A program made the translations under genes and the position numbers. DNA of 64,000 bases, from positions 64,001 to 128,000 of the forward strand of contig CAVWWD010000002.1 in NCBI GenBank assembly GCA_963758635.1. Direction: 5' to 3'. This DNA is from an uncultured Candidatus Rokubacteria bacterium. GTDB taxonomy: Bacteria; Methylomirabilota; Methylomirabilia; Rokubacteriales; CSP1-6. Below the pieces are notes generated by a model, which was given only the letters and a program-made list of their open reading frames with translations, made no database searches and had not been told where the DNA came from. Positions 30,265 to 41,205 of the stretch are shown one piece after another (positions within the stretch are counted from its first letter, which is position 1; each line of letters opens with the position of its first letter).

Positions 30265-32178
30265 TCATCCGCGCTCAGTCAGGTCTCGGGAAGGATCCGG
30301 GCTGTGGCGGGTCAGCACCTCGGCGAGGTCCGCAACGGTCGGCGTCTCGAGAAGCAGCCCGAGGGGCAGCGCGACCTGGAATCGCTCGATCACGCGGGAT
30401 AGGACCCGGGTCGCGGCGAGCGAGTGGCCCCCGAGATCGAGGAACGGGTCGTGGACGCCCACGCGGTCGAGGCCGAGCACGTCGGCCCAGATCGAGACCA
30501 AGGCCTCTTCCGTGACGGTGCGGGGCGCCTGAAACGCCACGTCGAGCTCTGGTCGCTGGCGCCCGGGATCGGCCAGGGCGCGCCGGTCGACCTTTCCGCC
30601 GGCGGTCAGCGGCAGTGCGTCGAGCCGGACGTAGGCTGACGGCAGCATGTAGTCGGGCACCCGGCCCGCGAGGGCGCGGCGGAGCTCGCCGATGGACAGC
30701 GGTCCGCCACGTTCGGGAACGACATGGGCCACGAGACCGGTCGCGCCCGTATGGTCCGCTCGCGCCGTGACCACGGCTTCCTTCACCGTCGGCAGGGCGA
30801 GGAGCGCGGACTCGATCTCCGCCAGCTCGACGCGGTTTCCCCTGATCTTCACTTGCTGGTCCGTGCGCCCCAGGTGGAGGAGGCCGCCGTCCGCCCGCAT
30901 GCGGCCGAGGTCTCCGGTGGGGTAGGTCACGCAGCCCGGCTCGGTCGGATCGGGCACGAAGCGAGCGCGCGTGAGCTCGGGTTGTCTCCAGTATCCCGGA
31001 GACAGATACCGGCTCCGGACGACGATCTCACCATGGCCGCCGGGGCTCACCACGCCGCCGTCGTCGTCGCGGAGCGTGATCTCCACGTCGTCGACCGGAT
31101 AGCCCACCGGCACCAGGTCATCCACTTCCGGGTAGGCGCCATCGAAGAAGCAGGTACACAGCGTGCCGGTCTCCGTGCTTCCCAGCCGGACCATCAGGAT
31201 GGTCGGCGTCGCGCGCCAATGGGCACGATACAGGTCGAGGTCGGCCCGGGTGACCGAGTCCGACCCGAGCTGGATGAGCCGCAGCGCCGGCAGCTCCGCG
31301 ACCCCGCCCAATCCGGCCACCCACTGGCGGAACACCGCGGGGACGGAGAAGTACACGGTGATCTCGTGTCCGGCCAGCCATGGCGTCAGCTGGTCGAGGC
31401 CCTGCCGCGCCAGGTCGAAGGGACAGAGCGCGGCGCCGTTCAGCAGCGCGGCGAGCGTGATCTTCAGGCCCTGGCTCGCGTGGCAGGGATAGAGGAGCGC
31501 GAGGCGATCCTCGGCGCAGATGCGCAGGCCGTTGGCGTAGAGCATGGCCTCGTGGAGCCCGTTCCGATGATTCTGCGTCACGCCCTTCGGCTGTCCCGTG
31601 GAGCCCGAGGTGTACACGATGTACGTGAGGTCGCCGGGCGCGATCGGAAGCGCGGGGTCGCTCGCGGGCAGCTCCGGGTCGAGCGCGTCGAGGTCCAGGA
31701 CCCGGCAATTCGCCGGCGCATGCGCGGCCCCGGTCGCCAGGCTCGCCCCGTCGGTGAGCATGAGCGGCGCCTGCGAGTCCGCGAGGACGGCTTCGATCCG
31801 CGCCCCGGGCCAGGACGGACCAAGCGGCACGAACAGCTTGCCCGCCTTGAGGATGCCGAGGAGCGCCGCGATCATGGCGGCGCCGGTCGGCAGGAGCAAC
31901 GCGATCGGCTCCTGGATCGAGCCCCGCTCGCGCAGCACCGCGTGGGCGATGCGGTTGGCGCGGCGGTTCAGCGCCTCGTACGTCAGCGTCTCGCCGGGGG
32001 TTCGGACCGCCACGCGATCGCCGTGGCGTGCGACCATCTGCGCGAAGCGCGCGGGAATGGATTGCTCGGTGTCCGCCTTGCTGAACGCGACGAAGGCGCC
32101 CGACGGATGCCTGGCCCTCGCCCGGATGGCGTGCTGTTCGGCCGGAAGCGCTGCGCTCGGGGCCGGCGGATCACTCAT
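30265..32178 (-). CDS. Stand-alone adenylation + carrier protein (A-T) didomain
   Basis: YTSGSTGQPKG, TGDLG, QVKIRGNRVELAEIE, GGKVDR and PCP LGGHSL motifs. Confidence 0.93.
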   Translation of the reverse strand: MSDPPAPSAALPAEQHAIRARARHPSGAFVAFSKADTEQSIPARFAQMVARHGDRVAVRTPGETLTYEALNRRANRIAHAVLRERGSIQEPIALLLPTGAAMIAALLGILKAGKLFVPLGPSWPGARIEAVLADSQAPLMLTDGASLATGAAHAPANCRVLDLDALDPELPASDPALPIAPGDLTYIVYTSGSTGQPKGVTQNHRNGLHEAMLYANGLRICAEDRLALLYPCHASQGLKITLAALLNGAALCPFDLARQGLDQLTPWLAGHEITVYFSVPAVFRQWVAGLGGVAELPALRLIQLGSDSVTRADLDLYRAHWRATPTILMVRLGSTETGTLCTCFFDGAYPEVDDLVPVGYPVDDVEITLRDDDGGVVSPGGHGEIVVRSRYLSPGYWRQPELTRARFVPDPTEPGCVTYPTGDLGRMRADGGLLHLGRTDQQVKIRGNRVELAEIESALLALPTVKEAVVTARADHTGATGLVAHVVPERGGPLSIGELRRALAGRVPDYMLPSAYVRLDALPLTAGGKVDRRALADPGRQRPELDVAFQAPRTVTEEALVSIWADVLGLDRVGVHDPFLDLGGHSLAATRVLSRVIERFQVALPLGLLLETPTVADLAEVLTRHSPDPSRDLTERG

Positions 32179-32208
32179 GGTGACGAGATCGTCCCATCCG
32201 CCCGCTCG

Positions 32209-32301
32209 TCACCGCTTCCAGCCGGAGGGCACCTGCCGGTGATTGGGGTTGGTGGGGTTGCCCGCATTCCAGAGGTGGATCTGCGCGTCCACGATCAGCA
32301 T
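32209..32301 (-). pseudogene. Collapsed amidohydrolase gene (N-terminus fused to C-terminus)
   Basis: RBS AGGAAGGAG then MLIVDAQIHLWNAGNPTNPNHRQVPSGWKR*. Confidence 0.7.
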
Positions 32302-32340
32302 GTCGTCTCCTTCCTGAAGAGCTTCCCCGGGCGCGCGACC

Positions 32341-32670
32341 TCAGCCCCCGGCTTTGTCCATGCGCCGGAGGAACACCTCGACCTCTTTCTTGGTCTGGAG
32401 GTCCCCCGTTTCCGCCGCCACCTCGAGGCCCTTCTCGTATGCCGCCCTTGCCTCGGCCGTGCGCCCCGCCCGCTCGAGGGCGCGGCCGAGCCCCCGGTAC
32501 GCTGCCGAGTAGTCCGGCTTCAGGCGGACGGCTTCCGCGTACTCCGCGGCCGCCGCCTCTGCCTGACCCGCATCCAGATAGGCGGCGGCAAGGCCGAAGC
32601 GGACCACGGGATCGTCCGGCATCAGCTCGGCCACTTCCTTGAACTCTGCGATCCGATCCTCGCCAGCCAT
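32341..32670 (-). CDS. Small TPR protein
   Basis: PDDPVVRFGLA...PDYSAAYRGLGRAL repeats. Confidence 0.9.
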   Translation of the reverse strand: MAGEDRIAEFKEVAELMPDDPVVRFGLAAAYLDAGQAEAAAAEYAEAVRLKPDYSAAYRGLGRALERAGRTAEARAAYEKGLEVAAETGDLQTKKEVEVFLRRMDKAGG

Positions 32671-32687
32671 GCGGACGCCTCCCTGCA

Positions 32688-32894
32688 TCACATCGAGTGG
32701 ATGCGCTCTTCGGGCACCTCGACCCGCTTGATCCCCTTGAAGCTGAACAGCAGCTCCACGAGGTACGTCGGTGGCGTCGTCGAGACCTGCTGAACGATGG
32801 TCCCGATGGCCTTCTGCACGTTCTGGCTGAAGAACACGCCCTTGATCGTCAGGTTGGATAGGTCGACCGTCACTCGCTGGTTGGGTTGGTACAT
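32688..32894 (-). CDS. Small hypothetical beta-rich protein
   Basis: MYQPNQRVTVDLS...VEVPEERI; RBS GAGG. Confidence 0.7.
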   Translation of the reverse strand: MYQPNQRVTVDLSNLTIKGVFFSQNVQKAIGTIVQQVSTTPPTYLVELLFSFKGIKRVEVPEERIHSM

Positions 32895-33336
32895 GCCTCG
32901 CTCCCGGAAGAGCCCCTCGCGCCGACCAACCTCATCATAGTCGAGCACCGGCTTGATCCGCTCGTACAGCTGACCGGCGCCCGCCCGAAGATGGCGGCTG
33001 TCCGGGGGAGGCTCGGTCGGGTGCTCGAGCTACGCTGAAGGCCGAAGCACGTCCGCGCGCTCCGGCATGTGGAACTCCCACGCAAACAACGACGATCAGC
33101 GGAAGCGAGGCGTGCTCACCCAACCCGGGCCGTGATTTCCGTCGCCTCGCAAGCGTGGTTGGCGCGCGAGAAAGCTGCTACTGTGCCTTGTGGCATCGGG
33201 CCCTTCTGCGTCGCCACTGTCAGAGTCTGGCAGCTCATGTCGCCATGGCGGGGATTCGCGCAGCGGCGATCGCCGTCGGAGGGCACTACAGTTGGTGTCC
33301 CGTTCTCCGCGGGCGCAGCGGCGCCAGTCGCCGTAG

Positions 33337-34521
<1,185 letters not shown>

Positions 34522-34610
34522 TCTGGGGAGAGCGACCAGTGGTAGAGTTCGGGCAAGTCGGAGGCACCTACCAACCGTCAACCTGTTCGGTGTCGAGAGG
34601 AGGATTTCCC

Positions 34611-34772
34611 ATGCCTCTCTACGAGTACTTCTGCGACCACTGCCGCAAGGAAGTCTCCGTGAGACAGACCATCGGCGAGCACGACAAGGGCGCGGCCTGC
34701 CCCGATTGCGGGAGCCGGACGATGCAGCCGCTGGTCGCCTCGTTCTTCTCGAAAACCTCCCGCAAGTCATGA
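34611..34772 (+). CDS. FmdB-family zinc-ribbon protein
   Basis: MPLYEYFCDHC...CPDCGS; RBS GAGGAGG. Confidence 0.9.
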   Translation: MPLYEYFCDHCRKEVSVRQTIGEHDKGAACPDCGSRTMQPLVASFFSKTSRKS

Positions 34773-34789
34773 AGGCGGCGGGGACGCGT

Positions 34790-35050
34790 GACGTGACCCG
34801 AGGGCTTCGAGCAGCATGCGCGCCGCGCACAGGTCGGCGGTGTCGAACCCTTCCGTGAGCCACCCGTAGACCCCGCCGAGGATCCGTCGCGCCTCGGGCC
34901 CGGCGGCGCAACTCCGCGAGGAGCCGCACGAGGCCAATGGCCGCGCGCAGCGTCAGGGAGCGCTCGTCGCGGGAGCGCGCCAGGGTCATCCACTGCCGGA
35001 AGCGCGGCTCGGCCTCGTCCGGGCGGCCCTGCGCGAGGGCTCGACGCGCA
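34790..35050 (-). pseudogene. C-terminal TPR tail remnant of a STAND/adenylate-cyclase-type protein
   Basis: AEPRFRQWMTLAR...SLTLRAAIGLVRL followed, after a frameshift, by VYGWLTEGFDTADLCAARMLLEAL. Confidence 0.75.
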
Positions 35051-35187
35051 GGCCCTCCATCTCCGGAGCGAAGAAGCCGCCGCGCAGCTCTCGGGGATAG
35101 CTGTAAACCAATCCGACGATTCCTACCCCGTAACGCTTTCGTGCCCATCAAGGGCCCGTGACGTCGAGCTTCAGCAGAGGGCGAGGC

Positions 35188-35204
35188 TTGGCACCTTCGC
35201 TGCA
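35188..35204 (+). promoter_or_regulatory. Putative sigma-54 promoter TTGGCACCTTCGCTGCA
   Basis: GG-N10-GC with TGGCAC; ATG follows 13 nt downstream. Confidence 0.55.
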
Positions 35205-35217
35205 TCGTCACCCTGGC

Positions 35218-35391
35218 ATGAACACCGTGATCGACCACCGATCGTGCGCATTCCCGCTCGGGCGCCTTGCGCTGTGTCTCGACTGTGAGATGTGCTTCGA
35301 CGTGGGGCTCAGCGCCTGCCCGGCCTGCGCAAGCAGGACGTTCGTCCCCGTGTCTCGATTTCTGGAGCGCTCGGCCCCCGGAAGCCGCTAG
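35218..35391 (+). CDS. Small CxxC...CxxC zinc-ribbon protein
   Basis: LCLDCEMCF...CPACASRTF. Confidence 0.7.
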   Translation: MNTVIDHRSCAFPLGRLALCLDCEMCFDVGLSACPACASRTFVPVSRFLERSAPGSR

Positions 35392-35451
35392 GCGCGCGCC
35401 GCGCGGGCTCGATCTACCACCGTCGCGGTGCGGGCCGTCTGTGGAGGCGCC

Positions 35452-38400
35452 TCACGAACCCGTCCCGACGAACCTCCGCAGCACCTCGCAGAACTCCGCG
35501 GTCGCCGTGAAGATGGGCAGGTGTCCGCGCCCCTCGAATACGTGCAGGCGTGCGTCGGGAATGTGCTCGGCCAGGTGCCGGGCGGCGGCCATCGACACTC
35601 GCCGATCCTCAGCGCCGTGCAGGACCAGCGTCGGCACCTTCACCTGTCCCAGGATCGGGGTGACATCCAGCTCCGGGTCGGGCGTCCAGGTGCTCAGGAT
35701 GCTCTCGCGCGGCAGCCGGAGCAGGTTGCGCGCGAACTGCTCGGCCAGCTCGCCGGTATCCGGATCGCTGACGACCGTGGCCACGAAGTGCGGCATCGCG
35801 CGCTCCAGATCGCCGGCCTTCAGCGCGGCGCGGAAGCGGTCGTCCTCCTCGCTGGGAACGAGCGACATGCTGCCAGGTGTGATGTCGAGCGGCGTGCCGA
35901 TCAGCACGAGCCGCTTCACGAGCGACGGCGCCGCCACCGCCAGCCTGACCACCATGTTGCCACTCTTGGAGATGCCCATCGCGGTCACCGGACCGTGCCC
36001 GGCGGCCTCGATCACGGCCCCGATGTCGGCCGCATGGTCGGCGGTGGTGTACCCGGCCGGGATCGGGTCCGAGCGGCCGGTCCCACGCAGGTCCATCGTG
36101 ATGATCCGGAACTCCTGGCAGAGGTGCTCCAGCACGGGCTGCAGGATCTCCAGCCCGTAGATGATCGGGTTCGTGAACAGCAAGGTCTCGCCGCCCCCGC
36201 CGTGCTCGTAGAACGCGAGCGTCGCGCCGGCGCGGCGGGCGAGCCGGGGCCGGTGGAGCTTGTTGGCGATCCGGCCCCGATCCGCCTCGCTGGTCTCGAG
36301 CATCAGCGCGGCGTCGTAGCTCTCGTTGGCGCGGTCGAGGTCGCCTCGAAGGCTCACAACGTCCCCGAGCAGCTCGAGCGCGCGTGCCCGATCGCTCCCG
36401 GTGTCCCCGCCCTTCGCCGCCGCCTCCGCCGCCTGGCGACACGATGCCTCGGCCGTCGCATAGGCGAAGCGCTGCTTCGCGCGCTCGGCCGCGCGCATAC
36501 GGTAGTGGACCGCCCGGGTCCACGCCTCGCCGCGCTCACAGTGGTCGGCCAGGACTTCCCCGAACGTCGGGCAGCCGGTCGGCCTGGAGCGTCTCGATCG
36601 CGTCGGCGATCCGCCAATGCAGGCGCGGGCCGCGCCACGGCGGGAGCTCGGCGTACGCGACCTCGCGGATCCGCTCGTGCGGGAAGCCGAGACGCTCACC
36701 GACGCTGGTGAGGAGTCGCCGGCGAACGAGCTCTTCCACGGCCTGGGCCGTCGCGTCGTCATCGAGCTCCCCGACCCGGCGCAGCATCTCGAAGTCGAAC
36801 TCGCGGCCGATCGCTGCGGCCACGGTGAGCAGTGAGCGGCTGCGCTCGGTCAGACGCTCGATCCGGCGGCTGATCACGTCGCGAGCGCGTCCGGGCAGCG
36901 CTGGGCTCTCCGGCAGCCCGCGCTCCTGGATCTCGCGCATCATCTCCACGGCCACGAGCGGGTTGCCCTCGCTGGCCGTCCAGATCCGCTCGCCGAGCTG
37001 CGCGGCGCGAACCGCGAAGCTGGCAGGAGTCAGCATCGTGACCAGCGCGGCCGTGTCGCCTCGCGACAGCGGGGCCAGGCCGAGCGTGACGACGTGCCCG
37101 GCGCGCGCGAGATCGGCCAGGGTGTGGCGCAGGAGCGCGGCGTCGTCGAGCTCCTCTTCGCGCGCCGTGATCACGACGAGCAGTCGCTCGGTCGGAGCCC
37201 GGCGCGCCAGGTACGCGAGCAAGCGCAGCGTCAGCTCGTCGGCCCAGTGGAGGTCCTCCAGCACGACCAGGACCGGATCGCGGGCGGCCAGACCCTTCAG
37301 CAGCGCGGAGATGGCCTCGAACAGACGCCGGTAGTCCACGGTGGCCGGCAACAGCGGGGCGGTCGCCACCTCGGGCAGCAGGCGAGCGAGCTCGACGCGC
37401 CGGGCCGGGTCCAGCGCATCGAGGACCTCGCGGTCGAGCTCCGCCATGCGCAGGGCGTCGACGATCGGACCGAACAGGAGGATCCGATCGCTCTCGTACG
37501 CCCGGCCCAGCAGCACGCGCGCGTGGCGCCGGTGCGCGTGGGCGATCAGCTCCTCGGCCAGTCGGGTCTTGCCGATCCCCGCCTCGCCCAGGACCGCGAC
37601 GAGCCCGCCGCGGCCGGCGCAAGCGCGCTCGAGGGCGTCGCGGAGACGGGTCATCTCCGTCTCGCGCCCGATCAGTGGGGTCTCCGCCGGCCGCCCCTCC
37701 GGAGTGCGGCGTCCTCGCGCCGGCTTCGCCACGCGGGCGGTGCCGCCGCCAGTCCCTCGCTGGAGGATCTCCCGGTAGAGCTGCCGCGTTTCGGCCTCGG
37801 GCTCGACACCCAGCTCCCGCTGCACGACGTTCACACACTCCTGGTACTGCCGCAGCGCCGCCCCTCGCTGTCCGAGCTGCGCGTACAGCCCCATGAGCGT
37901 TCGGTGCACCGGCTCCTGGAGAGGATCGAGCGCGAGCAGCCGGTGCGCCGCGTCGATCGCGGGCTGGAGCTGTCCCGCCTGACGCTGCTGGGCGAGCAAG
38001 CGCGTCACGCCATCGAGCGCGCGGTCGTGCAGTCGCGCCCGCTCGCTCCGCAGCCAGGCCTCCCACGGCTCCTCCTTCACCGTCAGTCCGGCCAGGAGCT
38101 CGCCACGGTACAGCGCGGCCGCCTGGTCGAGCGCCCGAGGTGTGCCGTCGTCGAGCAGCCGCGTGAAGGTCGCCACGTCGAGATCGATCCGGTCGACGTC
38201 GACGGCCACCGTGTCGCCTTCGACGCGAAGGAGAGACGCCGAGGCGGCCAGAGCGCCGCCGGAGCTCGTACAGGGCGTGGCGCAGGCTGCCGCGAGCCTG
38301 CTCGTCGGGCATATCGCCCCAGAGCATCGCGGCCAGGTTCTCGCGACGATGGACACGACCGGGGTGCAGGACCAGGTAGGCCAGCAGGGCCTCGGCCTTC

Positions 38401-38480
38401 CTGGTGCGCACGCTCACGGCAGGGCCCGACTCCAGTCGAGCCTGAAACCCGCCGAGAAGGCTGAGATGCACTCGTCGCAT
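35452..38480 (-). CDS. SARP-type regulator (wHTH-BTAD-AAA ATPase-TPR) fused to a C-terminal alpha/beta hydrolase; frameshifts ~38255 and ~36570
   Basis: LSLLGGF..RKAEALLAYL, LDPLQEPVHRTLM, GEAGIGKT and EDLHWAD motifs; hydrolase DLRGTGRS, GISKSG, HGAED and GRGH. Confidence 0.9.
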
Positions 38481-38550
38481 GCGCTCCCTGGCCCGTGGGC
38501 CGATCGTATCACTCCCGGAACGGATCACTCCGTCCGGCCCGCCGTGATGT

Positions 38551-38578
38551 TTCACGACGCGTCGACGCTGCGTTCACG
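38551..38578 (+). promoter_or_regulatory. Three direct repeats with 11-bp period (TTCACG, TCGACG, TTCACG), SARP-type operator
   Basis: Repeats start at 38551, 38562 and 38573, between the divergent regulator and hydrolase genes. Confidence 0.55.
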
Positions 38579-38640
38579 CCCCGCCGCGATAACGGGCCCA
38601 GTGCGCGCGCGTGGACGCGCACGGAAAGGGAGGACGCATC

Positions 38641-39582
38641 ATGAAGGCGTCACTGGCAACGCTCCTGGCTCTTCTCGCCCTGTGGGCCGTCACGGAGGTC
38701 GGAATGGCTCGAGACGCCCGGAACGCTCGCGACGGAGGCAAGCGCATGACCCTTGCGAAGATCGACGGCGCGGAGCTGGAGTACGAGGTGCGCGGCAGCG
38801 GCGAGCCGGTCGTGCTCGTCCACGCGGGCATCTTCGCCGACTGGTTCAAACCGCTCCTGGACGACCACATCCTCACGAGCCGCTACCGGGTGGTGAGCTA
38901 CCACCGCATCGGGTACGCCGGCAGCAGCCGCGTGGCCGGGTCGGTGAGCATCGCCGACCAGGCCGCCCACCTTCGCGGCCTGATGCGTTACCTGGGGATC
39001 GCGCGAGCGCACGTCGTCGGACACTCCTCCGGCGGGAACATCGCGCTGCAGCTGGCCCTGGACGCGCCGCAGCTGGCGCAGTCCATCGTGCTGATGGAGC
39101 CGGCGCTTCCCGTGCCCACGCTGGGCCAGGAGCGGATGCTGTCGATGCGAGCGGCGATGGCGCCGGTGTTCGAGGCCTATCGCGCCGGTGACAAGGCCCG
39201 CGCCGTCAATGGCTTCATGCGTGGCGTGTCGGGGCCGGACTATCGTGCCGTGATCGACCGGGTGCTCCCCGGCGCGTTCGAGCAAGCCGTGGTCGACGCG
39301 GACACGTTCTTCGGCCAGGAGCTGCCTGCCGTGCAGCAGTGGTCCCTCCGGCGCGAGGATGCCGCTCGCATCACGCAGCCCGTCCTGTCAGTGGTCGGCG
39401 CGAAGAGCCAGCAGCTTTCGCAGATCTGGACGGAGCGTCACCAGATGGTGCTTGCGTGGGTGCCGAACGCGGAGGGGTTCGTGCTGCCGGACGCGACGCA
39501 CCTGCTGCACGTGGAACATCCGCGCGCCGTGGCCGAGGCGCTTGCCGCGTTCTTCGCGCGCCACCCGGTCAAGGTGCCGTGA
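38641..39582 (+). CDS. Alpha/beta hydrolase, possibly secreted
   Basis: VLVHAG, VGHSSGG and ATHLLH motifs; signal-like N-terminus (alternative start at 38746). Confidence 0.9.
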   Translation: MKASLATLLALLALWAVTEVGMARDARNARDGGKRMTLAKIDGAELEYEVRGSGEPVVLVHAGIFADWFKPLLDDHILTSRYRVVSYHRIGYAGSSRVAGSVSIADQAAHLRGLMRYLGIARAHVVGHSSGGNIALQLALDAPQLAQSIVLMEPALPVPTLGQERMLSMRAAMAPVFEAYRAGDKARAVNGFMRGVSGPDYRAVIDRVLPGAFEQAVVDADTFFGQELPAVQQWSLRREDAARITQPVLSVVGAKSQQLSQIWTERHQMVLAWVPNAEGFVLPDATHLLHVEHPRAVAEALAAFFARHPVKVP

Positions 39583-39600
39583 GGCGCAGCGGAGGCTGAG

Positions 39601-41012
39601 CTAGCGGGCGGCGGAGACGGGCGCGACGGCGTCCAGCATCCAGCGGGCCATCGCCGTCACGCGGGCGTCCTCGTGCTGCTGGCCCATGATCTGGACGCCG
39701 ACCGGCAGGCCGCCGACCGCCAGCAGCGGCAGCGTGACCACGGGCGCGAACAGCATCGAGCTCGGCGCGTTGAAGACGAAGTCGCCGGTGGGACGCGGCG
39801 CCAGCGGCTGGCCCGGCACGTCGCCGGACCACAGGGGGGCGGGACCCGGGCACGACAGCGTGATGATCGCGTCGGCGAGGGGAGCCACCGCCTCGTGGCG
39901 AAGCTGCGCCGTGGCCCGCTCCATCAGGGCCGCGCGGTAGTCGTCAGGCGTCATGGTCTCGGCCTTCTCGAGCGTCGCCTTTGCCCGCGCGCTCACGCCG
40001 TCCGGATGCTGGTCGACCAGGTTGCGGATCGCCCAGCGGTTCTCCCAGCTCGTGATCGCGTTGCACACCGCGCGTCCGTCGGCGATGGCCTGCTCGAGAC
40101 TCTCGATCCACCGATGATCGCGGCGACCGAGGACCGTGACTCCGGTGCTCCGCAAACCTTCCAGCAGCGTTTCGAACGCCCGGCGGCTCGGGGCATCCAG
40201 CGCGGCCCAGCCCTCGGTCTCGAGGACGATCACTCGCTCCGGCTTCGCGGCGGCCGGCGGCGCCGGCGGTCCGAAGAGCCCGGGGCAGCCGCGATCGCCG
40301 CCGGCGCGGCGCGCGATCTCGATCGCCACCTGCCACATATCCTCGAGCGAGCCGGCGTGCACGCCATGCGTGCTCATGCTGGTCGCCTGGCGCTCCCCGC
40401 GGTTGATCCCCCCTGGGTCGGCTTGAGCGCCACGTTGCCGCAGTACGCGGCGGGCCGGATGATGGAGCCGCCCACCTGCGTGCCGATGGCGGCCGGCAGC
40501 ATCCGGGCGGCGACGGCCGCGGCCGAACCGGACGAGGAGCCGCCGGCGGTGCGCGCCGGATCGAAGGGATTCGTCGTGGGGCCGGGATGCGAGCCGCCCA
40601 GCTCCGCGGTCACCGTCTTGCCGACGATGACCGCCCCCGCCTGCCGCAGCGCCCACACCGCCGCGTTGTCCCGCTTCGGGAAGTTATCGCGATACGCGTC
40701 GCAGCCCATCTGCGTGGGCATGTCCTTCGTCTCGAGCAGGTCCTTGATGCCGATGGGCAGGCCGTCGATCGGCGAGCGCACGTGTCCGTCCTTCCAGCGC
40801 CTGGTGCTCTCGTCCGCCGCCTCGCGCGCGCCGGCCAGGTTCAGCGTCACGAACGCCCGCACGACGGCCTCGCGCTCCCCGATCGTCTCGAGGCAGCGCT
40901 CCAGGTACGCGCGGGGCGTGTCGGAGCCGTCCCGGAAACGCGCGATGGCGTCGTGGAAGGTCAGCGCCCGGCACTCCCGGGGGTCGTAGGTCTTCGGTGC
41001 CGTGGTGATCAT
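39601..41012 (-). CDS. Amidase signature family protein, frameshifted in a homopolymer (~40410)
   Basis: [23 protein letters not shown] and [12 protein letters not shown] motifs. Confidence 0.92.
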
Positions 41013-41095
41013 CGTTGGTCTCTCTCGCCCGTCCTGACCAGCCGAAGGTACTCGGACAGGCGCGCCTTGAGCTGCTTGACACCCACGGCCTTCAT
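41009..41095 (-). pseudogene. Truncated Phd/YefM-family antitoxin
   Basis: [24 protein letters not shown] then RDQR*; its stop overlaps the amidase ATG. Confidence 0.75.
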
Positions 41096-41205
41096 GCGCC
41101 CGTCATGGTAGTTTCCGGTAGTCATCGCGTCAACGTCTGCCGGACGCTCGCCGACCGAGCGGTTGACCGGGCCGTCCTCGCGTCGTAGGGTGCTCTGCGA
41201 AACCA

